Assembly (NCBI RefSeq): GCF_963921235.1
Contig: NC_086107.1
Location: forward strand, 110,796,001-110,860,000
Direction: 5' to 3'
DNA length: 64,000 nt
Origin: Mobula hypostoma
Lineage: Eukaryota
The position numbers and the translations under genes were made by a program. The notes beneath the pieces are model-generated. The model had not been told where the DNA came from, did no database searches, and saw only the letters and a list, made by a program, of their open reading frames with translations. Of this stretch, positions 38,853 through 51,003 are shown one piece after another. Numbering within the stretch: position 1 is the stretch's first letter; each line of letters begins with the position of its first letter.

Positions 38853-39831
38853 GCGCTTTGCTGCCTCTGAGAAAGTTCCAGGAGGCAAGCGGCTTCGAGG
38901 TGAGGAAGCTCAGAGATGGATTGTGAGCCCATGATCGACTCCATTTTCTCATTAATTAAAGCTGAGAGGAAAACTGAAGCATTGAGGCAAATGCAGAGAC
39001 CAGCGAGAGTTCAGCGCCGACTGCCTGCCTCTCACTCGGTGCTGCCGGATTAGGTGTCTGTGTGTGATGGCTTATTGCTGGTTGCTCCTGAGGGTAGGCC
39101 TCTGGATTCGAGTGATGTCTCTCTCTCTCCCTCGATGTTGTTGGAGGATGTTACCGGTGTTCTGCGATTTATGGACTCGACTGTGGACTCTTTCAGTTGG
39201 ATATTTTTTATATTCTGTGTTTGTTCTTTCGTGTTGCCTTTTGGCATGATTTGTTCGGATTTTTTTATGTGGAGAGGGGTTTGGAATTTGATGTTCTTGC
39301 CGTTTGCACAATTTGTTTTTCTGCCTGGTTGCGGGGGGGGGGAGGGTGCGCGGGTTGATGACCGTGTTGCTGTTTGCGAGATTTGTTTTTTTTTTCATGT
39401 GCAGGGGTGTGGTTGACATTTTTCTTTGAATGACCTCCATGGTTTTCTTTGCTTCATGGCTACCTGAGAAATCCTTGGTAATAAATGAACCTTTGAACCT
39501 TTTTTCAACCTTTAAACTTGTTCTCCATCCCTTCTTGAACACCTGTCGTCACTCTCTCCTCGAATGCCCTTTTTTGTTGTTGGTTTCGTTCTTCTTTCTT
39601 CTTTTTACCCGTTATGCCGCTGGCGTTTAGGGAAGCCATGAAGTTTCCTCCATCTCTGGCAGCGTTCATGGCTTCCTTCATTGTGTCAGTAGCTTCCTCT
39701 CGGTTTACTGTCAGCCACGCAAGTCCCAGGAGACTTAGGAATACTAAGTCACACTCAGGTATAGAAGGATTCTTCACTGCTGCTCTAGTAGCAGTTTTGT
39801 TTGACCAGACAGGGTTGTTAGTCCCAAGTAC

Positions 39832-39990
39832 GGTGGACCACTCTTAGTCTGGCCTCTACCCTTTGACCTGTTTGGCATGGGTGACCCCACCAAGAGCTAA
39901 AGCATAAAGCCGTGACCCCAGCCAGCGTAGCTCTCCGGGTCATTGAGGCATGAAAGCCTCCAAACTCTACAACAAGGTTGTGATCCTCTT
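39832..39990 (-). mobile_element. RTE (Rex3/BovB-like) 5' UTR fragment
   Basis: Reverse strand ccttgttgt...ctcaatgacccggagagctacgc...gggtcacccatgccaaacaggtc; related pieces near 43000-43245 and 50250-50505. Confidence 0.6.
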
Positions 39991-40334
39991 GCAGCCCAGA
40001 ATTATTAGCTCAGTTGACGTCCTCAAAGCCCTGGAGGGACAGTAAATGTACACAGGGAGAGGTGTGCACACACAGATCTGCACACACACGCGTACCAGGA
40101 GTGAAGTTCTCAGAGAGTGCTTTGGGCACCTGGGGGAGAGTGGAAGCACTTGATAGTGGGAGAAGAGATGGGAGGCAGGAGAAAGATTGGGGTAATCCAG
40201 ATATAGGAAGCATTTGATGCTTTATCTTTAGAATGAATCAGTGGCATTTGACCAGACTGGTGTAAGTCCCTTGACAACTATGAAGTCCCAAATGAGAGCA
40301 TAAAGTGAATCTGCTCCTCCTTTGCCGAATTGAA

Positions 40335-40865
40335 ACCAAACTTCTACAGATGTACCGAGGAGAGCATTCTAACTGGCCGTATCACCGTCTGGTATCGGGA
40401 GGGGACGGGGGTAGCACTGCACAGGATCGAAGTAAGCGGCAGAGAGTTGTAAACTTAGTCAACTCCATCATGGGCACGAGCCTCCATAGTATGCAGGACA
40501 TCTTCGAGGAGCGATGCCTCGAAAAGACGGCATGCACCATTAAGGACCCCCATCACCCAGGACATGCTCTGTTCTCATTGCTATGTCAGGAAGGACGTAC
40601 AGGAGCCTGAAGTCACACACTCAATGAGTGAGGAACAGCTTCATCCGATTTCTGAATGGACATTGAACCCATAAACTCTACCTCACTACTTTTTAAATTC
40701 TGTTTTTGCATTACTTATTTAATTTAACTATATATAAAGTAAGAATATATATATATATATTTACTGTAATTCACATTTTTTCTATTATTATGTATTGCAT
40801 TGTACTGCTGCTGCAAAGTTAACAGATTTCATAACATACGCTGGTGATATTAAACCTGATCCCGA
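40335..40865 (+). mobile_element. Rex1/Babar-type LINE 3' fragment
   Basis: STAQDRSKRQRVVNLVNSIMGTSL...IKDPHHPGHALFSLL. Confidence 0.85.
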
Positions 40866-41631
40866 TTTCGATGTCCTCTGCCCAGTGGTGGAAGAGAGAA
40901 GAGGGAATGTCCAGGGTGGGGGGGGTTATTTGCTTTACTGAAGGAGCGGGAAGTGTAGATGGAGTCTGTAGCAGGCAGGCTGATTTCCGTGATGTCTTGC
41001 GCTGTATGCAACTGTCTGCAGCTACTCGTGGTCATGTGCGGAGCAGTTGCTGCTCCAAGCCGTTACGCATCCAGACAGAATTCTTTCTGTGGTGCGTCGA
41101 TAAAAATGAGTGAGAGTTGACAAGGACGTGCCAAATTTCATTAGTCTCCTGAGGAAGTAGAGCTTTGTTGGCCGTGACGGCCATGTGGCTGGACCAGAAC
41201 ATTTGCTTGGCTGTGACTGTGAGTATGAGCACAACGATCCAGGATGAGTTATCCTGACTTTGAACAATCAAGCATTGAGAGGCAGACAAACAAACAACAC
41301 GAGGTGAGGCAGAAACTAGGGAGAGAGCTCATTTTCAGTTAACATATTAAACATTTAAAAATAGTAAATGTCATCATTTATGCAGAAGCCCGGAGCTACA
41401 TGATAAATATTTTATAGTTGTGTTCATTCATCCATGAATATCGCATTTCTTCAGCTGTCCAGATGGTAAGAGGGAGCTTGCTAAATAGTGAAGATAAAAG
41501 AATTCATCTTCCTAGAATGGGAGATACTTGAAAACCTCTGGATCAAGCAATGGCAAATGAAGAGACAGCAAGTTAGCATCAGGCCACTCTGAAGCTTGCC
41601 ACATCCCCAGCCAGGGCTGATAAACTAACAA

Positions 41632-42556
41632 CACTGGACAACAAAGGTTTTGCCTCCTGACTTGGGCTGCTGATCATGAAAATCACCATGGAATTTCCCT
41701 ATCAAGCACCATTTTTTAGAAATTGCTTGTATTCGTTACTTCAGTTCATAATTCAAGTGAATTAAAATGTTGTCCACAGTGTAAGCTGAAAAGTTTTCTA
41801 TCTTGTCTAGGCATGCTTGGGCATGGTGGAACCTGCATGGCATGACAGGATTTAGAAAGGCTATACATTTCCGTGAAGGATTTCGATATTCGAAACAGAT
41901 GTTTCCCAGAGTAACTGATGCCAAGATTAAGGAAGATATTTTTGTTGGTCTACAAATCAAACAGGTCCTCAAAGACAGGCAATTCAAAGAACGTCTCGTG
42001 GACTGCAGAAAATCGCATGGAAGGCATTCAAGGATCTTGTTGAAAATTTTCTTGGCAACTACAGAGCACCAAACTATGTGCAACTGATTGACAACATACT
42101 TCAAGCATACAAAACCATGAAGTGCAACATGCCACTAAAGATTCGTTTTCTGCATTCCCATTTAGACTTCTTCCCTGCAAATCTTGGTGCTGTCAGAGAT
42201 GAGCATGGTGAAAGGTTTCACCAGGACATTGTGTCATGGAGAAACGGTATCAGGGCAACTGGAATCCATCAACACTGGCTGATTATTGTTGGACACTTAA
42301 GCGAGAAGCCTCAGACACTGAGTACAAATGAAAATCATCAACAAAATGTTTTTAGCTTAGTTGAACTACTGCAAAGCATCAGCACTGTTATGCAATTATA
42401 CACATTTTATTCAATAAAAGTTATTTTCTTGTTTCTACAAATTCCTAGGTGTTACAGGTAGTCTGAAATTATATTTGTGTTAAGCTTTAAGCAGTCTTTC
42501 ATAAGCAAAAACAATTCTGAAGAAGCAACACTTTTGAAAAAATTTGTTGTCCAGTG
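41632..42556 (+). mobile_element. Chapaev3-like DNA transposon, internally deleted, intact ends
   Basis: Perfect TIRs CACTGGACAACAAA / TTTGTTGTCCAGTG; CAA duplicated on both sides; FPRVTDAKIKEDIFVG...PLKIRFLHSHLDFFPANLGAVRDEHGERFHQDI. Confidence 0.85.
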
Positions 42557-43352
42557 CAATCACACACATTGGAATCCATTATATTTTGGCCGTGGCCCAC
42601 TCTCACACCTGTCAGAACTGAGGCTTGGAGTCCTACTTGAGGACATAATCCAGGCAGATACATAACCCAGTGCTGAAGGAATATGGCCTTCAGCTGAAAT
42701 GAGAACTGGAGAATCCTGTGTCTATTAAGATTACAGTAGTAGTAGATGTGCGTTAATTTGAGTCGAGAATGATGTTCTCCTAAGGGGTTGTTTATTGGTG
42801 GGTCTTTAAGTGGCGCTAGAGGCCAGTCTGGGATCCACATGTTCTGGTGCTGTGCATGCCTGGCCTCACAATGCTGTCCCCTCGCCTCTCGCGGAATGTT
42901 GGAGTGGATTCCCTCAATAGAGAATACCTGCGTATGAATTTGTTTAATGTGCGGAGGCTGATGCATGGGCAGCCACCACATGGTTCTAGACTGATTGGGA
43001 GTCAGGGTCCAGTGATGTGGAATGCAAGATGACTGGTGCAGCCTGCTCCACTTTCACAGCCAATTTGATATGGCATCATCTTCTGTTGAGGTCTTGGTTG
43101 CATCGTTCTTTGTCTGGAACTCCCCCTTGGCCTTACCGCCATGGGTGACCATATCAGGAGATAGGCACCATATGGTTAAACTCCAGAAGGCATCACTCTT
43201 GGGACCTCAGGAACTCACAAGCCACTCCACCATGAAAAGGTGACTATACCATAAGACCACAAGACATTGGAGCAATATTGGGCTATTCAGTCCACCACAT
43301 CTGCTCCACCATTCCATCATGGCTGATTTATTATCCCTCTCAACCCCATTAT

Positions 43353-43570
43353 GTTGGGCACGTGGCCAAGTGGTTAAGGCGTTCGTCTAGATACCTCAAG
43401 GTCGCTCGTTTGAGCCTCAGCTGTGGCAGCGTGTTTGTGTCCCTGAGCAAGACACTTAACCACACATTGCTCTAGTCTGTGCGAGGAGTGGCGCCCCAAT
43501 CTGCGCCTTGTAAGGCATGAAAATGCCCGACGCAAGCCTCTCATGGTCTGAGTCGACATTCCCTCCCTCC
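43353..43570 (+). mobile_element. tRNA-derived CORE-like SINE inserted in a CR1 3' UTR
   Basis: A/B boxes, (CCCT)n tail, flanking repeat caaccccatt (43341) / caactccatt (43571). Confidence 0.85.
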
Positions 43571-43849
43571 CAACTCCATTCTCCTGCCTTTGCCCCGTAT
43601 CTTTTGACGCCCTTACTAATGAAGAACCTACCCAAAGATGAGGCCTCCACAGCCGAATGTAGTAATGAATTCCAGAGGTTCACTACCCTCTGGCTAAGGA
43701 AATTCCTCCTCATCTCCATTCTTAAGGGATGCCCTTCCATCCTGAGGCTGTGCCCTCTGGTCTTAGACTCCCGCACTATTGGAAACATCCTCCAAATGTC
43801 CACCATTCCATCACAGGCCAATATTTATTTCTGAAGCAGCATATTTCTG

Positions 43850-44432
43850 CAGTTGTACAGGGCCCTGGTGAGACCACATTTGGAGTATTGTGTACAGTTT
43901 TGGTCTCCAAATTTGAGGAAGGACATTCTAGCTATTGAGGGAGTGCAGCGTAGGTTCACGAGGTTAATTCCCGGGATGGCGGGACTGTCATATGTTGAAA
44001 GATTGGAGCGACTGGGCTTGTATACTCTGGAATTTAGAAGGATGAGAGGAGATCTGATTGAAACATATAAGATTATTAAGGGATTGGACATGCTAGAGGC
44101 AGGAAACATGTTCCCGATGTTGGCGGAGTCCAGAACCACAGTTTAAGAATAAGGGGTAGACAATTTAGAACGGAGTTGAGGAAAAACTTTCTCACACAGA
44201 GGGCTGTGGTTCTGTGGAATGCTCTGCCTCAGAAGGCAGTGGAGGCCAATTCTCTGGATTCTTTCAAGAAAGAGTTAGACAGAGCTCTTAAAGATAGCAG
44301 AGTCAAGGGATATGGGGAGAAGGCAGGAACTGGATACTGATTGTGGATGATCAGCCATGATCACAGTGAATGGTGGTGCTGGATCGAAGGGCTGAATGGC
44401 CTACTCCTGCACCTATTGCCTATTGTCTATTG
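43850..44432 (+). mobile_element. CR1 LINE 3' end
   Basis: YRALVRPHLEYCVQFWSPNLRKDILAIEGVQRRFTRLIPGM...RRMRGDLIETYKIIKG; (CTATTG)n-like tail. Confidence 0.93.
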
Positions 44433-45194
44433 TCATATTAGAAACAAACTGGTTGTCTTCTAGTTGCTTTGCTGGAGTTTGCTGTGTACTGCTTGATTGC
44501 CGAGACTTCCAGATTATAACAATAACTCCTACTTTCAAGTATCTCAGTGGCTGTTAACTTTATTGAAGAATGGGTTATTATTGTTCAGTGCACGGAGGAA
44601 TGGTGAGAAAATATTGCTGTACACACTATCCGTAAAGGTCATTCCCAGACAGTGATACATCAAGATGGTACAAAGGAAAAGGAATAACAAAATGCAGAAT
44701 AAAGTGTAGTGCAGGTAGACAATCAGGTGGAAGGTCGCGACGAGGTGGATGGTGAGGTGAAGATTCCACCTTATCATACCAGGGGAACTTTCAGTGGTCT
44801 TACAACAGCAGGCATGAAGCTGTTCATGAGCCAGGTGGTACGTGCTTCCAGGCTTTTGTATCTTCTGCCCAAAGGGAGGGTGAAGAAGAGAGAATGAATG
44901 GGGTGGGAGGGGAATTTGATGATACAGTGCGAGGTATAGGTAGGGTCTATCTTGAGACCCAGTGCGGGTTGGGGGCTCCACTTCGTCAGATCGCCTTTGT
45001 CATGCATTTCGATGTATCTGTATAAATAAGTGAATTTGAATCTGAATTTATTTACAAAGTTGGATCCAGCGGGACAAAGAAGGAGAGATTATCATTGACT
45101 AGGTAATGTAGGGTTAACTCATAACCTGGTAAATGTCCCACTCTGCCATTGTTATCAAGGCAGGAGAATAAATCCTGGTTGAGTGGGCAGAGCG

Positions 45195-45800
45195 GAGGAG
45201 ATTGCCGAGAGCAGCACTGGGAAAAATTGGGGATCCACTTCACCGAGCACCTCTATACCATCTGCCACAAATGGGACTTCCCGGCGGCCAAACATTTTCA
45301 TTCCAATTCTGATTCCCGTTCTGTTGTGTCGGTCCATGGCCTCCTCTTGTGTCAAGATGAAGACAACCTCAGGGTGGAGGAGCAACACCTTATATTCTGT
45401 CTAGGGGTAGCCTCCAACCAAATGGCATGAATATTGATTTCTCTTTCCGGTTAACAAATTTCCCCTCCCTTTCCTTCTTCTTTTATTCCCTACTGTGGAT
45501 TTTTACCTCTCCTCACTTGCCTATTACTTTCCTCTGGGCCCCCTCCTCCTTCCCTTCTTCCTATGGTCCACTGTCCTCTCCTATTGGATTCCTTCTTCTC
45601 CAGCCCTTGACCTTTCCCTCCCACTTGGTTTCACCTATCACCTTTGGGCTAGCTTTCTTCCCCTCCCCCCCACCACCTTTTTATACTGGAGTCTCAGTGC
45701 AAACTATCTATTCATTTCCACAGATGCTGCCTAGCCTGCTTTTCCTCTGGCATTTTGTGTGTGTTGCCCTGGACTTCCACCATCTGCAGACCTTCTCAGG
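45195..45800 (+). mobile_element. PLE 3' fragment (GIY-YIG C-terminus and 3' UTR)
   Basis: KLGIHFTEHL...FPAAKHF...VHGLLLCQDEDNLRVEEQHLIFCLG. Confidence 0.85.
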
Positions 45801-46461
45801 TTTAAAATATTTATTTATTTATACAGAGACATAGCCAGAGAAGGCCCTTAAGCAGCACAGCCCGCAACACACCAGTTCAACCCTAATCTAATCACGAGAC
45901 AATTTGCAAAGGCCTACTAACCTACTAACCGGTACGTCTTTGGAATGTGGGAGGAAACTGGAGCATGCGGAGGAAACCCTTGCATTTGCAGGGGACACCG
46001 GAATTGAACTCCGAACTCCGATGCCCCGATATAGCGTCATGCTAACCACTACGCTAATGTGGCGCTCCGGTACGAGGAGACGCCAGCCTCTTGAAGCTGC
46101 AGCAAAGGGCTAAGCAGTAAAAAAAAGAGTGAGATCAGAACTCAGACAGTAAATCAGGACAAAGTCATCTCACAACAAGCAGATCGGATCAAAGCTCTGC
46201 TGGACTACTGCACTGAGTCAGGAGTGATGGTGTACTGTTAACAGGAGGAGAAGACTCCAGGAGAAACATCGTTCTGAATGATGGTGCAGACCAGCACCAG
46301 AGAGATAAAATAAAGTCTGAAGGAATTTGTAGATGGAATTTACTGCAGACAATTGCAAAGTATTGCACTTTGGTCGGACCAACCAGAATAGGTCTTACAC
46401 AGTGAATGGTAGAGCATTGAGGAATGTGCTCGAACAAAGGGATCTGAGAATACAGGTACAT

Positions 46462-46687
46462 TTAAACGCAAACAACAGGAATTCTGCAGATGCTGGAAAT
46501 TCAAGCAACATACATCAAAGTTGCTGGTGAACGCAGCAGGCCAAGCAGCATCTATAGGAAGAGGTGCAGTCGACGTTTCAGGCCGAGATCCTTCGTCAGT
46601 CCTGACGAAGGGTCTCGGCCTGAAACGTCGACTGCACCTCTTCCTATAGATGCTGCTTGGCCTGCTGCGTTCACCAGCAACTTTGAT
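46462..46687. mobile_element. Near-perfect palindromic PLE-derived insertion
   Basis: Inverted repeat 46514-46688 centred near 46601; TSD gaatac(a/t)ggtacat at 46448-46461 and 46688-46701. Confidence 0.9.
46597..46634 (+). ncRNA. Minimal type-I hammerhead ribozyme motif (GUC site), intact core
   Basis: CAGUC-CUGACGA-AGGGUCUCGGCCU-GAAA-CGUC-GACUG; perfect stem I CAGUC/GACUG; predicted cut after 46629. Confidence 0.82.
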
Positions 46688-48046
46688 GAATACTGGTACA
46701 TAATGCATTGAAAGTGATGTAATAGATAGATAGGGTCGTAAAGAAAGCTTTTGGTATGTTGGCCTTCATAAATCAATGTATTGAGTACAGGAGATGGGAT
46801 GTTATGTTGAAGTTGTATAAGACATAGGTAAGGCCTAATCTGGAGTATTGTGTGAAGTTTTGGTCACCTACCTTCAGTGTCGCTCTAGTGTCTATGCGAG
46901 GAGTGGTGCCCCACACAGACTTCCAATCTGCGCCTTGTAAGGCATGAAAATGCCCGACGCAGACCTCTCATGGTCTGAGTCAACGTTCCCTCCCTCCCCT
47001 TCAGGAAAGATGAAAATAAGGTTGAAAGAGTACAGAGAAAATTTACAAGGATGTTGCCAGGTCTGGAGGACCTGAGTTATATGGAAAGATTGAATAGGTT
47101 AGGACATTATTCCTTGGAACACTGAAGATTGAGAGGAGATTTGACAGAGGAATATAAAATTACAGAGGGTAATTTTATAGATAGGGCAAATGCAAGCAGG
47201 CTTTTTCAACTGAAGTTGGGTGGGACTACAACTAGAGGTCATGGGTTAAGGGTGAAAGGTGAAAAGGTTAAGGGGAACATGAGGGGAAACTTGTTCATTC
47301 GGAGTGTGAGACTGTGGAATGAGCTGCCAGCACGAGTGGTGGAGGTGAGCTCGATTTCAACATTTAAGAGAAGTTTGAATAGGTACACAGATGGTAGAGG
47401 TATGGAGGACTATGGTCCTGGTGCACGTTGATGGGAGTAGGCAGTCTAAATGGTTTGGCATGGACTTGATGGGCCGAAGGGCCTGTTTCTGTGCCATACT
47501 TTCCTATGACTAAGCATTTGCAATCCCCTTCAATCAGAAGTAAGGAATTGGCGTCAGAATTAGAATAAGATTGATTACCGCTGACTTATTTGATGTGAAA
47601 TGTGTTATTTTGCGGCAGCAGTACAGAACAAAGCATGAAAATTACTATAAACTACAAAATAAATAAATAGTGCAAAAAAAGGGATAAAAGCTACATGAGT
47701 GTAATTTTGCTGAGCGTAAAGAGAAACACAAGAGTCTGCAGATGCTGAAATCAGAATCAGATTTACTATCACTGACCTATGATGATAAATGTGTTGTTTT
47801 GTGACAGCACCATATTGCAAATACATAGAAATCTAGCAACTACAAAATAGTGCAAAAAGAAGGAATAATGAGGTAGTGTTCATGGGTTCAATGTCCATTC
47901 AGAAATCTGATGGTGGAGGGGAAGAAGCTGTTCCTGAATCACTGAGTGTGGGTCTTCAGGCTCCTGTCCCTCCGCCCCAACGGTAGTAATGACAAGCGGG
48001 CATGTCCTGGGTGGTGAGGGTTCTAACGGATGGATACCACCTTCTT

Positions 48047-49935
48047 TTTTTTTAATATAATTTTTATTAAATTTTCAAAAAGAATACATGAAAAGATAAA
48101 ATCTACCCACCCCCCTTAACCCTCCCCCCCCCATATATAGTCCTACCTAAAAAGAAAGAAAAAAAAAGAAGCCGCCTGGGTATTGGAAGGTTTCCACATG
48201 CTCCATGGGATTCAAAATAAATTTGGTATAATTATTCGTTACTTATTCGTTACTTTCCCCAAGTAACCAAACTCTTTATCGGAGCACTTAAATATGCCAT
48301 CCTATCTTTTGTAAATAAGGGCGCCAAATATTCAAAAATGTTACATATTTATCTCTTAAATTATAAGTAATTTTTTCAAGTGGAATTGAACTAGCCATTT
48401 CATTATTCCAACGATCCATACTTAAATACGAATCAGATTTCCAAGTAACTGCTATAGTCTTCTTAGCTACTGCCAATGCAATTTTTATAAATTCTTTCTG
48501 ATATTTATTCAATTTAAGTTTCGGTTTTATCCCTTCAATATCACCTAATAGAAATAATGCAGGGTTATGTGGAAGTTGAATTCCAGTAATTTGTTCCAAT
48601 AAGACTCTTAAATTTATCCAAAAGGGTTGAATTTTAAAACAAGACCAAGTAGAATGTAAAAAAGTACCAATTTCTTGATTACACCGAAAACATTTATCAG
48701 ATAGATTTGAATTTAATCTATTTATTTTTGTGGTGTAATATATAATTAGTGTAAAAAATTATATTGTACTAATCTAAGTCGAACATTTATTGTATTTGTC
48801 ATACTGTCAAGACAAAGTCTTGACCAATTTGTTTCATCAATATTAATATTCAGATCTGTTTCCCATTTTTGCTTTGACTTGTTCCTTGTTTAATTGTCTG
48901 TTCTTGAATCAAATTATACATACAAGAAATAAATTTTTTAATTTTCCCTTTTTGAATTAAAATTTCAATTTCATTAGGCTTTGGCAAAAACATTGTTTGA
49001 CCCAGCTTACCTATTAAGTAAGCCCTTAATTGAAAGTAACAAAAGAAAGTATTATTAGATATTTTATATTTATCCTTTAATTGTTCAAATGACATCAATA
49101 TACCTCGCTCAAAACAATCTCCTATAAATTTAATCCCTTTTTGGTACCAATTATATAAAAGTTGATTGTCCATTGTAAAAGGAATAAGTCTGTTTTGGAA
49201 CGAAGGTCTCCTTGCTAATAGAGATTTCTGTGTTTCCTTATCAACATTTATCTTATTCCATAGATCAATCAAATGTGTTAATATAGGAGATTCTTTCTTT
49301 TTCCATATCCATTTAGATTCCCATTTATATATAAAATCTTCAGGTTTATTTTCTCCTATCTTGTCTAGTTCTATTTTAATCCATGCTGGTTTTTGATCAT
49401 CGAAAAAAGATGCAATAAATCTAAGTTGATTTGCTTTATAGTAGTTTTTAAAGTTTGGAAGTTGTAACCCTCCTAACCCAAATTTACATGTCAGTTTTTC
49501 CAATGATATTCTTGACATTTTACCTTTCCAAAGAAATTTTCTCACACATTTATTTAACTCTTGAAAAAATCTCTGTGGCAATTGTATTGGTAATGTTTGA
49601 AACAAATACTGTAATCTAGGAAATATATTCATTTTTACAACATTGACTCTACCTACTAATGTTATTGGTAGTATCATCCATTTGTCAAGATCTTCTTGAA
49701 TTTTTTTCAATAGTGGTAAATAATTAAATTTATATAAATTCTTTACATCATTATCAAGTCTTATACCTAAATACTTTATACCATTTACCGGCCATCTAAA
49801 TTGGGTTACTAATCGACATTGACTATAGTCTCCTTTAGTAAAAGGTAAAATTTCACTTTTATCCCAGTTTATTTTGTAACCTGATACCTTCCCATATTCA
49901 TCCAATCTAGAAGATAATTTATGTAACGAATGTTG
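48047..49935 (-). mobile_element. 5'-truncated L1-clade LINE (ORF2 3' part), inserted in a Rex-type fragment
   Basis: SGYKINWDKSEIL...IKYLGI...ITLVGRVNVVKMNIFPRLQYLFQTLP...GGLQLPNFKNYY; C-terminal CFRC...H...C knuckle; poly(A) tail; 15-bp TSD ggataccaccttctt at 48032-48046 and 49936-49950. Confidence 0.93.
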
Positions 49936-50569
49936 GGATACCACCTTCTTGAGGCACTGCCTTGAGGAAGAGATGATCGCTCATCCTGAGAAGTTAGCAG
50001 TAGTGTGATCACTTGAGTTGAGTATGATGTTCTCCGAAGGAGTTGTCTATTGGTGGGCCCCCAGGAGGCTGTAGTGGCTGATTTGGGCCAGGCATCACCA
50101 TTCTGCCCCTTTTGCCACTTGCTGATCGTCATGGGACTTAATCTGGGATATTGGGGGGGGGGATTCTCTTGATTGAGAACACCCGTGCGTGACTTTGTCC
50201 AATGTGTGGCTGACACACGGGCAGTCACCACGTGGTCCTTCGCAGATCGGGGCCAGGGTCCAGTGTCATGGAATGCAAGGTGACTAGGGACCCTTCTCTG
50301 CTGCAGCCTCCCTCCATCTTCACCACCATTGTGATGTGTCATCATCTTCTGTCAGCACCATTGTTGAGATCTTGGTTGGATCGCTCTTTGTCTGGAAGCT
50401 CTCCCTTGACCTTACCACCACGGGTGACCCTACCAGGAGCTAAGCTCCAGGCAGCATTGCTCTCGGGATCTCAGGAACCATCAAGCCTCTCCACCACGAC
50501 ATGATGACAATACCATACACCCAGCAAGTCAATGCTGAAAAGCATGCAAATGTGGTCACAAGGTTCAGT

Positions 50570-51003
50570 CGTTGTTCAGACCAAATATCGAAATGGGGAA
50601 GAAGTGTGATCTAAATGACTTTGACTATGGAATGATTGTTGGTGCCAGATGGGGTGGTTTGAGTATCTCAGAGACTGCTGATCTCCTGGGATTTTCACAC
50701 ACTCTAGAGTTTACAGAGAACGATGTGAAAAACAAAAAAAAAAACATCTAGTCCTGTGGGCAAAAATGCCTTGTTAATGAGAGAGGTCAGAGGAGAATGG
50801 CCAGACTGGTTCAAGCTGACAGGAAAGAGACAGTAACTCAAATAACCATACATTACGACACTGGTGTTCAGACGAGCATCTCTGAAAGCACAACATGTTG
50901 AACCCTGAAGTGGATGGGCTACAGCAGCAGAAGACCATGAACATACAGTCAGTGGCCACTTTATCAGATACAGGGGGTACCTGTATGAATGGCTACTGAG
51001 TGT
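50570..51003 (+). mobile_element. Tc1/mariner deletion derivative (transposase DNA-binding region and palindromic end)
   Basis: MGKKCDLNDFDYGMIVGARWGGLSISETADLLGFS...GQKCLVNERGQRRMARLVQADRK; end cagtggccacttt...tggctactgagtgta. Confidence 0.85.

Larger units (their letters stand above)
46328..47510 (+). mobile_element. CR1 LINE 3' portion interrupted by a fold-back PLE and a SINE 3' fragment (about 46880-47000)
   Basis: MEFTADNCKVLHFGRTNQNRSYTVNGRAL and RGDLTEEYKI...TRGHGLRVKG...LWNELP. Confidence 0.9.

Noticed and set aside
41418..41465. Plus-strand candidate exons (also near 815, 16146 and 63763)
   Set aside because: Plausible splice-like sites but unrecognised peptides and no consistent chain; expected by chance.
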